Shown here piece by piece: positions 33,224 through 41,403 of a stretch of DNA of 64,000 bases (within the stretch, counting starts at the first letter, position 1; each line of letters begins with the position of its first letter). The stretch is from Ignavibacteriales bacterium (GTDB lineage: Bacteria > Bacteroidota > Ignavibacteria > Ignavibacteriales > SURF-24), in contig DATAKL010000044.1 of NCBI GenBank assembly GCA_036261625.1, forward strand, positions 72,352 through 136,351, given 5' to 3'. The notes under the pieces were generated by a model. The model was given only the letters and a program-made list of their open reading frames with translations, ran no database searches and was not told where the DNA came from. Both the position numbers and the translations under genes were made by a program.

Positions 33224-34780
33224 ATGATAAAAAAGCTTGAACTTGCGGTTGAACCGGAAAAGATTTTAGATAATGACTACATAAAAAAAGCTGCCTCAGA
33301 GAAACTTCACGTCAGCCTCCAGGATATTACCACGGTCATTCAGGAAAGGCGTTCCATTGATGCCCGAAGCAGAAGGCCCGTATACAGGGTGACTGCCAGT
33401 GTGTTCATAAATGAAACCCCGCCTGAAATCTACCCTCACATAGATTACCAAAAGGTAAAAGGAAAGAAGAAGGTAATAATAGTAGGATTCGGCCCTGCCG
33501 GAATGTTTGCATCACTTAAGCTAATTGAACTCGGCATTAAGCCAATAGTTTTTGAAAGGGGCAAGGACGTGCAGTCAAGAAGGCGCGATCTTCGTGCAAT
33601 TCAGCAGTTCAGCGAGGTTGATCCCGATTCCAATTACTGTTTCGGGGAAGGGGGCGCCGGAACCTACAGCGACGGCAAGCTTTACACCAGAAGCAACAAA
33701 AGAGGCGACATAAAAAAGATTCTGGGAGTCCTGGTGCAGCACGGGGCAGATGAAAGCATAATGATTGAGGCACATCCGCACATCGGAAGCAACAAACTCC
33801 CCAAAATTGTTCAGGCCATAAGAGAGACTGTAATCAGTTCCGGCGGGGAGGTCTATTTTAACTCGAGGGTTACAGATTTTATTATTAAAGATGGCAGAAT
33901 TCTGGGAGTAATTGTAAACGGAGGCGCGGAGTTTATGGCCGATGCCGTAATCCTGGCTACGGGGCATTCGGCAAGGGACATATTCTATCTCCTGGACAGG
34001 CACAAACTTACAATTGAGGCCAAGCCTTTTGCCATGGGTGTCAGGATCGAGCACCCGCAGAGGATCATTGATGAGATTCAGTATCACTCAAAAGAAAGAA
34101 GCGCAGCGCTTCCGGCTGCAAGCTACAGCCTTACATGCCAGGTAGAGGAAAGGGGGGTATTCTCATTCTGCATGTGTCCTGGAGGAATAATAATTCCAGC
34201 CTCAACAAGTCAGGATGAGCTTGTATTAAACGGCATGTCGGTTTCAAGACGCGACTCAAAGTTTGCCAATTCTGGCTTTGTAGTAACGGTTAATGAAGAG
34301 GACTGGGCAAAGTATTCCTCACACGGTCCTTTTGCGGGTCTGGAATATCAGAAGGAAGTAGAAAAAATCGCATATGAGGCAGGCGGCAGAACTCAGAGGG
34401 CGCCGGCGCAGAGGGTGACAGATTTTGTGAATGGAAAGGTTTCAGCCACACTTCCCGAGACGTCTTATATACCGGGAATTACATCCTCTCCGCTTCACGA
34501 AGTGCTTCCCCTGGAGATCTCGAAGCGTCTTAAAGGGGCCCTTCTGGAATTCGGGAAGAAGATGAGAGGCTACTTTACCGAAGAAGCCCAGATGCTGGCA
34601 GCCGAGACCAGAACGAGCTCGCCTGTAAGGGTCCCGAGGGACAATGAGACATTTATGCATATTAATCTTCAAGGACTTTTCCCGAGCGGAGAAGGGGCAG
34701 GGTATGCCGGTGGCATTGTTTCGGCTGCAATGGACGGGGAGAACTGTGCCGAAGCCGCGGCAAAATATATAAAGATATAG
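33224..34780 (+). CDS. FAD-dependent protein (COG2509-like NAD(FAD)-utilising dehydrogenase)
   Basis: Dinucleotide fold VIIVGFGPAGMFASL..E.G, FGEGGAGTYSDGKLYTRS and C-terminal GEGAGYAGGIVSAAMDG. Confidence 0.75.
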   Translation: MIKKLELAVEPEKILDNDYIKKAASEKLHVSLQDITTVIQERRSIDARSRRPVYRVTASVFINETPPEIYPHIDYQKVKGKKKVIIVGFGPAGMFASLKLIELGIKPIVFERGKDVQSRRRDLRAIQQFSEVDPDSNYCFGEGGAGTYSDGKLYTRSNKRGDIKKILGVLVQHGADESIMIEAHPHIGSNKLPKIVQAIRETVISSGGEVYFNSRVTDFIIKDGRILGVIVNGGAEFMADAVILATGHSARDIFYLLDRHKLTIEAKPFAMGVRIEHPQRIIDEIQYHSKERSAALPAASYSLTCQVEERGVFSFCMCPGGIIIPASTSQDELVLNGMSVSRRDSKFANSGFVVTVNEEDWAKYSSHGPFAGLEYQKEVEKIAYEAGGRTQRAPAQRVTDFVNGKVSATLPETSYIPGITSSPLHEVLPLEISKRLKGALLEFGKKMRGYFTEEAQMLAAETRTSSPVRVPRDNETFMHINLQGLFPSGEGAGYAGGIVSAAMDGENCAEAAAKYIKI

Positions 34781-34858
34781 TTTGTCCTGAATTATTAAAT
34801 CGCTTATTTTTGTAATGTTAATGGGTTGGGAATTAATTCTTAAAATAGAGGAGTTGCC

Positions 34859-35374
34859 TTGAAAAACATTAAAATAATTTTATTTGCCTTTGTACTCTTT
34901 GCTCTTTACGCAACGGGTTATGCCCAGGAAGCCAAAACAGAGAAGGTTGAGAAGAATGCTTCAAACATAGAAAAGTTCGATCCCAAGAGGGATGCGGCAA
35001 AGGACATTGAAAACGCGGTAGTTGAAGCAAAGAAATCCGGGAAGAACATTCTTCTTGACGTAGGAGGCGAGTGGTGCCCCTGGTGCCGTGCCTTAAGCAA
35101 GCTTATGGCGGAGAACAAAGAAATAGCCGATTACATGAAAGCAAACTATGTAGTTGTAAAAGTAAATTTCAGCAAGGAAAACAAGAACGAGGCAGTGCTT
35201 TCAAAATATCCCAAGATCCCCGGATATCCTCATCTCTTTGTCCTCGACAGTGAAGGAAAGCTCCTGCACTCACAGGATACCGGAGTCCTAGAGTCAGGCA
35301 AAGGTCACGATCCGGAAAAGGTATTAAACTTCCTTAAAGAGTGGTCTCCAAAGAACGTAAAGAAAGCAAGCTGA
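34859..35374 (+). CDS. Secreted thioredoxin-fold protein (CPWC active site)
   Basis: Signal peptide. Thioredoxin-like LLDVGGEWCPWCRAL motif followed by YVVVKVNF. TTG start with an AGAGGAG RBS. Confidence 0.75.
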   Translation: MKNIKIILFAFVLFALYATGYAQEAKTEKVEKNASNIEKFDPKRDAAKDIENAVVEAKKSGKNILLDVGGEWCPWCRALSKLMAENKEIADYMKANYVVVKVNFSKENKNEAVLSKYPKIPGYPHLFVLDSEGKLLHSQDTGVLESGKGHDPEKVLNFLKEWSPKNVKKAS

Positions 35375-35396
35375 TAAAAAGACAGAATTGAATTAC

Positions 35397-35425
35397 AAAA
35401 GCCCTTAGCAATAAGGGCTTTTTGT
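35397..35425 (+). terminator. Rho-independent terminator after the thioredoxin-like gene
   Basis: AAAAGCCCTTA-GCAA-TAAGGGCTTTTT hairpin followed by a T-run. Confidence 0.85.
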
Positions 35426-35446
35426 TTATTACGGATGTATTCAAAT

Positions 35447-35531
35447 GCCGCGGTCAGCGGCATGGTATTGATAGCCTGGGGTGACAAATCCGTCTTTGAC
35501 GGATGCAGGAACCCCAGGGATAGGATCCCCC
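35447..35531 (+). repeat. GC-rich structured intergenic repeat, copy 1
   Basis: Small hairpin GCCGC-GGTCA-GCGGC, then ATGGTATTGATAGCC. Outer stem is CCTGGGG...CCCCAGG enclosing TGACAA and the inner hairpin ATCCGTC-TTT-GACGGAT, then GATAGGATCCCCC. Alignable by eye with copy 2. Confidence 0.7.
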
Positions 35532-35826
35532 ACCACACCCCCCGAGCCGCAGCAGCCGCGACATGCTCCGATCCCATGGCGCCCAAATTTTAGTGAATTT
35601 GGTTATGTTTTATGGGGCATGGGGTTTCCCCAATGAATTTCCGCCTATAAAATATGCAGCCGCCTGCGGGACCCCGTGTGTTAAAGATAATTCCGAAAAC
35701 GTTCCTGCTATCAAATATTTTCAAAGAATAGAGAATTATATGTTTGACAATAAATATAATTTTCCCAATTATTACTCTTGCCATTGTTTCCCATGTAGGG
35801 TTTAATTACTAATTAAGGGATATAAA

Positions 35827-36213
35827 ATGCCATTAGATTTGACTTTGTTCATTGTCCTTCTTGGAACGTTTGGACTTTGGATTTTTGGGATTAAGCGAGA
35901 GCTATTTATTAGACCAAAATCTTTTAAGTTAATTCTTATAATAAGCATAGTATTGTTTATTATGGCTTATGTTCTTCCTGTATTTGATGCTTTCAAAAAT
36001 AAACCGGTAAACATTCTTAAGTTGCCTATTTTAGCATTGTTTCTTTATAGAATCTTAAGAGCTTTCTTCAGGAAAATGAATGATCGCGAACCGAAAGACA
36101 CCTTCTGGGTAATGCACACCTGGGAAGGGATCTGGGCAGATACAGTATTTAATATATCATTTTGGCTAATACATGGCATTTTATTTATGCTTTTGCTTGC
36201 GGAGAAAATATAA
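35827..36213 (+). CDS. Hypothetical small membrane protein (about 4 TM)
   Basis: ORF with four hydrophobic segments in a visibly AT-rich stretch. I recognise no family. Confidence 0.5.
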   Translation: MPLDLTLFIVLLGTFGLWIFGIKRELFIRPKSFKLILIISIVLFIMAYVLPVFDAFKNKPVNILKLPILALFLYRILRAFFRKMNDREPKDTFWVMHTWEGIWADTVFNISFWLIHGILFMLLLAEKI

Positions 36214-36263
36214 ATGAAAAATGTTTAAGATATTTCAGAATATCCCTATTGGAGAAAATAGGC

Positions 36264-37007
36264 ATGAGATATGTTCTAATAATATTTTTATTCGTTAACA
36301 CTATAGTTTCAGCAGAAAAAAAGAGCTACGCGTTAACCGATATCAGAAACACAAGGAAATTTACTCTTACCATCGAGGAAGACTTAGTTGATGAGGTAAT
36401 GAAACTAGTTCTTTATGAAAAGAAAAAAGTCATCGATAGCCTTCAGGTCCCATATGTCAAGTACATTACGAATATTACTGAGTCACAGCGAAGTTTTCTG
36501 AAAGTGGAGTTCCGCAGAGGAGGAAGTTCAGGTGTGAAGATGCGTTTTACAAGCATCTTTTGTGCAGCGGATTCAAAGATAGTACCAAGCTTAACTCAAA
36601 TAAGTACTATATATTCTCATATAACAAAGACTTTTATTCCCAAATACGACAGCATTAAAGGTGTTAAATATCACGAGGATTATTCTATATACTATAATCT
36701 TCTGAAATCAGGAAGAGAATACTCAGTAAAGGTAAACGACAGTTACTTTCTCAAATCGATATTTGAATCTGACATTAATGAAAAATGGACAAATCGCCTG
36801 AATCTTAAATTCGACAAAGAACAATTTATATTTTATTCTGAGAAAAGGAAAGTTAAAGGTCATTTTCAGATTTATTATTTAAACGACTCTGAGGAATCCA
36901 AAGAACTCAACGGTGAATTCTGGGCTATTGAGATGAAAAGATTTACTTATCTCTGGATCAACTCAAGATGGTTTTATATTGCTAGAAATAAACTAAATGA
37001 AATATGA
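36264..37007 (+). CDS. Hypothetical secreted protein
   Basis: The internal ATG at 36264 gives a signal-peptide-like N-terminus (MRYVLIIFLFVNTIVSAEKK). K/Y/S-rich, AT-rich codons. I recognise no family. The ORF-track start at 36162 overlaps the previous gene. Confidence 0.5.
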   Translation: MRYVLIIFLFVNTIVSAEKKSYALTDIRNTRKFTLTIEEDLVDEVMKLVLYEKKKVIDSLQVPYVKYITNITESQRSFLKVEFRRGGSSGVKMRFTSIFCAADSKIVPSLTQISTIYSHITKTFIPKYDSIKGVKYHEDYSIYYNLLKSGREYSVKVNDSYFLKSIFESDINEKWTNRLNLKFDKEQFIFYSEKRKVKGHFQIYYLNDSEESKELNGEFWAIEMKRFTYLWINSRWFYIARNKLNEI

Positions 37008-37074
37008 CTAAGTTTCATGCATGAAGTTAATAATGGATGAGTTATTATTCGAGGATTTGTCAGATATTCATTGA

Positions 37075-37159
37075 GTCCGCTCTCACGGACGAAATGTTTG
37101 TAGCCCAGGGTGACAAATCCGCCTTGCGGATGCCGGAACCCCGGGAAAAGAATCCCCCC
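37075..37159 (+). repeat. GC-rich structured intergenic repeat, copy 2
   Basis: Small hairpin GTCCG-CTCTCA-CGGAC, then AAATGTTTGTAGCCCAGGGTGACAA. Inner hairpin ATCCGC-CTT-GCGGAT, then GCCGGAACCCCGGGAAAAGAATCCCCC. Same architecture and orientation as copy 1. Confidence 0.7.
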
Positions 37160-37236
37160 ATACATCAGAGCCCCGCAGGTGGCGGCATAATAAATTAATT
37201 TAATCCAAGTAAGTATTGATTTGTGTAACAGACATA

Positions 37237-37257
37237 AAACCACTGACGTGGTTTTTT
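37237..37257. terminator. Bidirectional hairpin terminator (serves the minus-strand GH13 gene; also part of a truncated repeat copy)
   Basis: AAAACCAC-TGAC-GTGGTTTTTT. The perfect stem is flanked by an A-run and a T-run, so it can terminate in either direction. Confidence 0.6.
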
Positions 37258-37262
37258 AGGGA

Positions 37263-37345
37263 GGGGATTCCATACCCAGGGTTACATCACCCCCTACGGG
37301 GGAGTGTAACCCTGGGCTACAGACATGGAACCACTCCGTGGTTCC
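37263..37345 (-). repeat. GC-rich structured intergenic repeat, copy 3 (inverted orientation)
   Basis: The minus strand reads GGAACCAC-GGA-GTGGTTCC, then ATGTCTGTAGCCCAGGGTTACA. Inner hairpin CTCCCCC-GTA-GGGGGTG, then ATGTAACCCTGGGTATGGAATCCCC. Flanks match copy 2, but the inner hairpin has a different sequence that still pairs. Confidence 0.7.
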
Positions 37346-37370
37346 GGACTATTCTTAAGCCGCCTGAATG

Positions 37371-40300
37371 TTAAACGGTTGCGGCCGTAAGGTTAGCTTT
37401 CAGATTGTTCAGTTTGTATTCTGACATGTCGGAAACCTCTTTCAGGTAACGGTTCATGTAGTAGCTGTCCCTGATATAATTGAAAAGGGCGGTGTTCTTT
37501 TCCGTTATATCCTCCAGGCCGCACAGGTAATTCATAATCCTAAGCGTTAGGCGCCAGTTGCCAAGCTCTTCAAGGTTTTCTTTGCTGTAATACCATTCGC
37601 CTTCATAGTAATTGGCCCCAATAAAGGACTTTACTTCTTCATCACTAAGGAGCTTCTCGATCATCTCTTTTTCTTCTTTTTCAAGCTGACTCTTTACACC
37701 AGTTGTAACATTCGTATCAGCTGCAGCACTGGATTTTACTTTTCCCTTAGCTGTTTTCTTTTCTTCCGTAACAGCGGCTGGCTTTCTTGAAAGCGTGGAC
37801 TTGTTCTTTAGAAGAACCCTTACAAGCTTTATAACCTGATCCACTTCGTAGGCACTTCCTCCCAGGCGGTGCAGCACCTGCTGCAAAGGTTTTGTGAGAT
37901 ATAACTCATCAAAAAGTTCAATCGTGCGCGCACCTGTGTCGTCTTTCTGCCTTAAAATGCCTATGTCCTTAATACTTAACCACAGTGCATAGATGAGCAG
38001 GTTCCTGGGATAGTTGGATTCACGGCTTAAGAGGAAAGACCTTCTGAAGTCGTCTGTAACGGATTCATTTTCTACAACTACTTCGTTATCTGTAAGAAGA
38101 TCGTTAATCGATTTAATTGCATCCAGTCCGTTTGTAAAATTGCTTATCAGAACGGGCATGCTGCCGTCTGCCTGAATATGGTCTTTTACCTGATTGATGA
38201 AATACTCGTAGCGGCTGATTATAGACTTCAGCGTGCTTTCTGTATTCTTAATTTCTTTGTCTTTTACAAAGAGGTCTGTTACCAGTTCAATTGACCTGTT
38301 GTCAAAAAGATTTAAGAGCGCTTCATGCACTGAAGAAAGCCTCTGTTCAACTAAAGCCTGTTCGATGCTTGGAACACCGGAGCCGTTAAGAGATCTCCAG
38401 ATCTCTTCATACTCTCCGTTTACGTCATAGACCTCCCTGAAATCCAGAAATACATGATACTTAAACGGCTTCAGATGAATAAACAAACCCTTTTCACCCA
38501 GCTCACGCCCGAGCCTTATGTATTCCAGGTTATTTACAAGATCGCGGTAGATGTAGAAATATTTGTCCTCTGTCCTTAAACCCAGGGCAGGCACAAGGCT
38601 GGAATAAATTGTTGTCCTTTCCTCACCCACTCCTGTCGGGATTGATTTTCCGGTCGTGCGGTTAATCCAGCCCGTAGTCTCAGCGAATTTATTGTTGTAA
38701 ACTACAATTGCTCTTTCGTCGCCGAATTTATTGGTATATGCAAAGACATTCTGGTTCACATTGCCGTCGTTGGTATAGAAGTCGTAGAACCAGAAGTTAT
38801 CCACCTGACTGAACATGTATCTTTTTTTCATGAGGGGGAATATTTCTCTTCTGTGGCGATCGACGAGATACTCATTTACAAACTCGTTGTAGTATGCTCT
38901 CTTGTATTCCATGCCGTACTTCTCGGAATAGCCTTCAACCTGCCCGTGCGCAAACATCGGGAGTCCGGGCAATGTAACCATTAGAGTAGCAACTCCGAAG
39001 TACTTGTCGTCTGTTCCGAACTGCCTTATTGCAGTCTCCTCGTCGGGATTACTCATGAAGTTGACGTAGCGCTTTAATATCTCGGGGTTAAACTCCAGCG
39101 TGCTGGAGATGACCTTGCGGTACTTCTCGTTTTCCTCCTTCATCATCATGTGCATGAAGGCGCTGTTATAAACCCTGTGCATGCCGAGCGTGCGCACGAA
39201 GTAGCCTTCCATGAGCCAGAAGGCTTCTGCCAGGAGGAGTGTATCCGGCATCTCCTCGTTAATCCTGTCTACAACTTCCCTCCAGAATTCCTTAGGGAAG
39301 AGCTGATCGAATTCTTCTACTCTTAAGCCGTAATCGCTTCTTGAAGGTATGTCGCCACCGGATCCCGGCTGCGGGTACCAAAGGCGGTGGAAGTGACGTT
39401 TGGCCAAAGTCATTGCGGCATCAAAGCGTATAATGGAAGTTTTCCTTGCAACGTGGAATATAGTCTGGATTACGGCCTCGCGCACATAATCCTTTAACAG
39501 GTCCAGCTGAGCCGTATCGTTCCACGGCATGTTGGTGCCGTCGTTGCCGTGATAAATGTAGCGCACCTCACCAGAATTATTGTCTATTCTCTGGAACACA
39601 ACAGCGGCATCGGTTTTTGACCAGTATCCGTCTTCAATCCTTAGCTGAACGCTTGGGTCTTCCGACAAGTCGGGTCCCGTAAATCTGTAGTTAGGGAAGG
39701 GGCTGTATGGGCTCTGTATAAAATAGTCCGGGTGCTCAATTACCCATTTGGAATAGATACCCATATGGTTGGGGACCATATCGCTTGCAAGCCTTATTCC
39801 TCTTTGGCGGCAGCGGTAGTTCAGGTTCTGGAATGCGTGCTCACCCCCTAAGTCGTATGCAATTACGTAGTCGTAGACCGAATAAGCCGAAGGAACGGCC
39901 TCGGGGTTTCCGGTCATCTGTTTAATTCTCTGTGAAGCGCGGCTCCTCTCCCAAAGACCTATAAGCCAGAGCCCTGTAAAGTTAAAGCCAGCAATCATAT
40001 CCAGCTCTTCGTCCGGTATCTGATCCAGGTGGGCTATATGCCTGGAGTATTTTCTTGAAAGCTGGTCGAGCCATACGTAGACGTTTTTAGCCAGCAGGAC
40101 CACCTGGGGCATCCAGTGCACGTCGGGCGTAAATCGTTCGCCTTCAAGAAAGTCCAGGTGAGCGTCGCGTCCGTATCTGTAGCCCGATTTGCCGAGCGTA
40201 AGATAATCCAGATCGCCGGCTCCTGCCTTGTAGCGGGGGACAGCCGTAGGGGCACCGCCTCCCATACCCCAGGCGCCAAGGCGGTAGTCTTCCTTAATCA

Positions 40301-41099
40301 TGTCCACGCCGCGGAGGATCTTATCCAGATACCTTAAGTCGAGTATAATCGACCAGCGGTTTGCAATAAACTTCAGCTGATCTTCCAGGCTTTCGGGGTT
40401 TGCAATAATTGGTGTCCTTAACAGATCAAATATCGGCTGGTCATCCGGGCCGTACTTCTTTTCATTTAAGAAGAAGTCCTCAAGCTGATTTATAATTTTA
40501 CTGTATGAAGTCAGCACCGTGAGCTCCTCGTCGTTAAAGAGCTCCTTAAAGTCGCGGTTTGCAGGGTTATAATTGGCAAAGAAAAGGAGAATTAGTTCCT
40601 CCAGGGCCACTTCAGTATTGGGTTTGCCTTCATGATAGTCTCTTAAGTACTCTTCCGGGTCCTGTTTGTTTTTATAGACTTCCATCGGGGGGAACTGTCT
40701 TACAAAGCTGAGGAGAGTGCGTCTTAGCTCTTCTTCTCCGGAATACCTCTTTACGTGCTCAAGGGCACGCCTGAAGACCTCCGGGTTAGCCTTGTTTTCA
40801 TATTCCCGTAATATGTAGTGGTAAATTTCATCTATCAGCCCCATGGCGTTTATCTGGCCGGCCTTGACAGAATTTTCCGGCGTTCTCAATTCATTTAATT
40901 TCTGTGCGAACAGGCGCGAGGCGTGAAAGTTGGCAAAAACAACATTCCCGTTAAAAGAGAAAATTGATTCATCAAAATTGTATTTTTCCCTGACTCTTGC
41001 TGAAATATGAAATTCAAAGCCCCGGCGTAAACCCTGGATTTCATCCTGCTTATCAGTCAGCCGTACAGGAATATTCAAATTCCCATTTTTTTTATGCAT
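37371..41099 (-). CDS. Large multidomain alpha-amylase-superfamily (GH13-like) glucan-active enzyme
   Basis: GH13 conserved regions recognisable by eye: I ASDMVPNHMG, II IIRFDAAMTL, III LLLAEAFW, IV FMSNPDE (His position is Pro). About 400 aa N-terminal and about 450 aa C-terminal extensions have no family I recognise. Confidence 0.7.
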   Translation of the reverse strand: MHKKNGNLNIPVRLTDKQDEIQGLRRGFEFHISARVREKYNFDESIFSFNGNVVFANFHASRLFAQKLNELRTPENSVKAGQINAMGLIDEIYHYILREYENKANPEVFRRALEHVKRYSGEEELRRTLLSFVRQFPPMEVYKNKQDPEEYLRDYHEGKPNTEVALEELILLFFANYNPANRDFKELFNDEELTVLTSYSKIINQLEDFFLNEKKYGPDDQPIFDLLRTPIIANPESLEDQLKFIANRWSIILDLRYLDKILRGVDMIKEDYRLGAWGMGGGAPTAVPRYKAGAGDLDYLTLGKSGYRYGRDAHLDFLEGERFTPDVHWMPQVVLLAKNVYVWLDQLSRKYSRHIAHLDQIPDEELDMIAGFNFTGLWLIGLWERSRASQRIKQMTGNPEAVPSAYSVYDYVIAYDLGGEHAFQNLNYRCRQRGIRLASDMVPNHMGIYSKWVIEHPDYFIQSPYSPFPNYRFTGPDLSEDPSVQLRIEDGYWSKTDAAVVFQRIDNNSGEVRYIYHGNDGTNMPWNDTAQLDLLKDYVREAVIQTIFHVARKTSIIRFDAAMTLAKRHFHRLWYPQPGSGGDIPSRSDYGLRVEEFDQLFPKEFWREVVDRINEEMPDTLLLAEAFWLMEGYFVRTLGMHRVYNSAFMHMMMKEENEKYRKVISSTLEFNPEILKRYVNFMSNPDEETAIRQFGTDDKYFGVATLMVTLPGLPMFAHGQVEGYSEKYGMEYKRAYYNEFVNEYLVDRHRREIFPLMKKRYMFSQVDNFWFYDFYTNDGNVNQNVFAYTNKFGDERAIVVYNNKFAETTGWINRTTGKSIPTGVGEERTTIYSSLVPALGLRTEDKYFYIYRDLVNNLEYIRLGRELGEKGLFIHLKPFKYHVFLDFREVYDVNGEYEEIWRSLNGSGVPSIEQALVEQRLSSVHEALLNLFDNRSIELVTDLFVKDKEIKNTESTLKSIISRYEYFINQVKDHIQADGSMPVLISNFTNGLDAIKSINDLLTDNEVVVENESVTDDFRRSFLLSRESNYPRNLLIYALWLSIKDIGILRQKDDTGARTIELFDELYLTKPLQQVLHRLGGSAYEVDQVIKLVRVLLKNKSTLSRKPAAVTEEKKTAKGKVKSSAAADTNVTTGVKSQLEKEEKEMIEKLLSDEEVKSFIGANYYEGEWYYSKENLEELGNWRLTLRIMNYLCGLEDITEKNTALFNYIRDSYYMNRYLKEVSDMSEYKLNNLKANLTAATV

Positions 41100-41403
41100 A
41101 AATCTTCCTGTCCCTTATAATTAGAAGAAAAAACTAAAGATATCTTTCGATGACAAACAAGTAAAACGGGCAGACTGCGGGAAAACCGCACAACTGCTAA
41201 TATTTCAATTAAGCAACCCTAAAATGAAAATCAATTAACAATAAATTACCAAATTCCGGCTAAACTGTCTATTGTTAATTATTCATGAAAAAGGGGAGTG
41301 AAAAGATATTCCGGTCAATGGAGAATATATCCAGAATAAACGGGCTAAAAATTGATATTATTTGCATATTAAAGTATATTTTTGAATAAAAAATAAAGGT
41401 TTT

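Noticed and set aside
35305-35805. ORFs 35305-35586 (-), 35563-35805 (+) and 36974-37243 (-) lying over the repeat copies.
   Set aside because: Two of them share a GIL..GF.HP peptide only because they translate the same DNA repeat. They lack RBSs, and one runs into the neighbouring terminator and CDS. They are most likely non-coding.
35447-37345. Could the structured repeats be integron attC sites, IS/MITE terminal inverted repeats or a retron msr/msd?
   Set aside because: There is no integrase, transposase or reverse transcriptase in the window. The GTTACA...TGTAAC arrangement is the reverse of the attC RYYYAAC...GTTRRRY order. I could not identify target-site duplications. I kept it as an unclassified structured repeat family instead.
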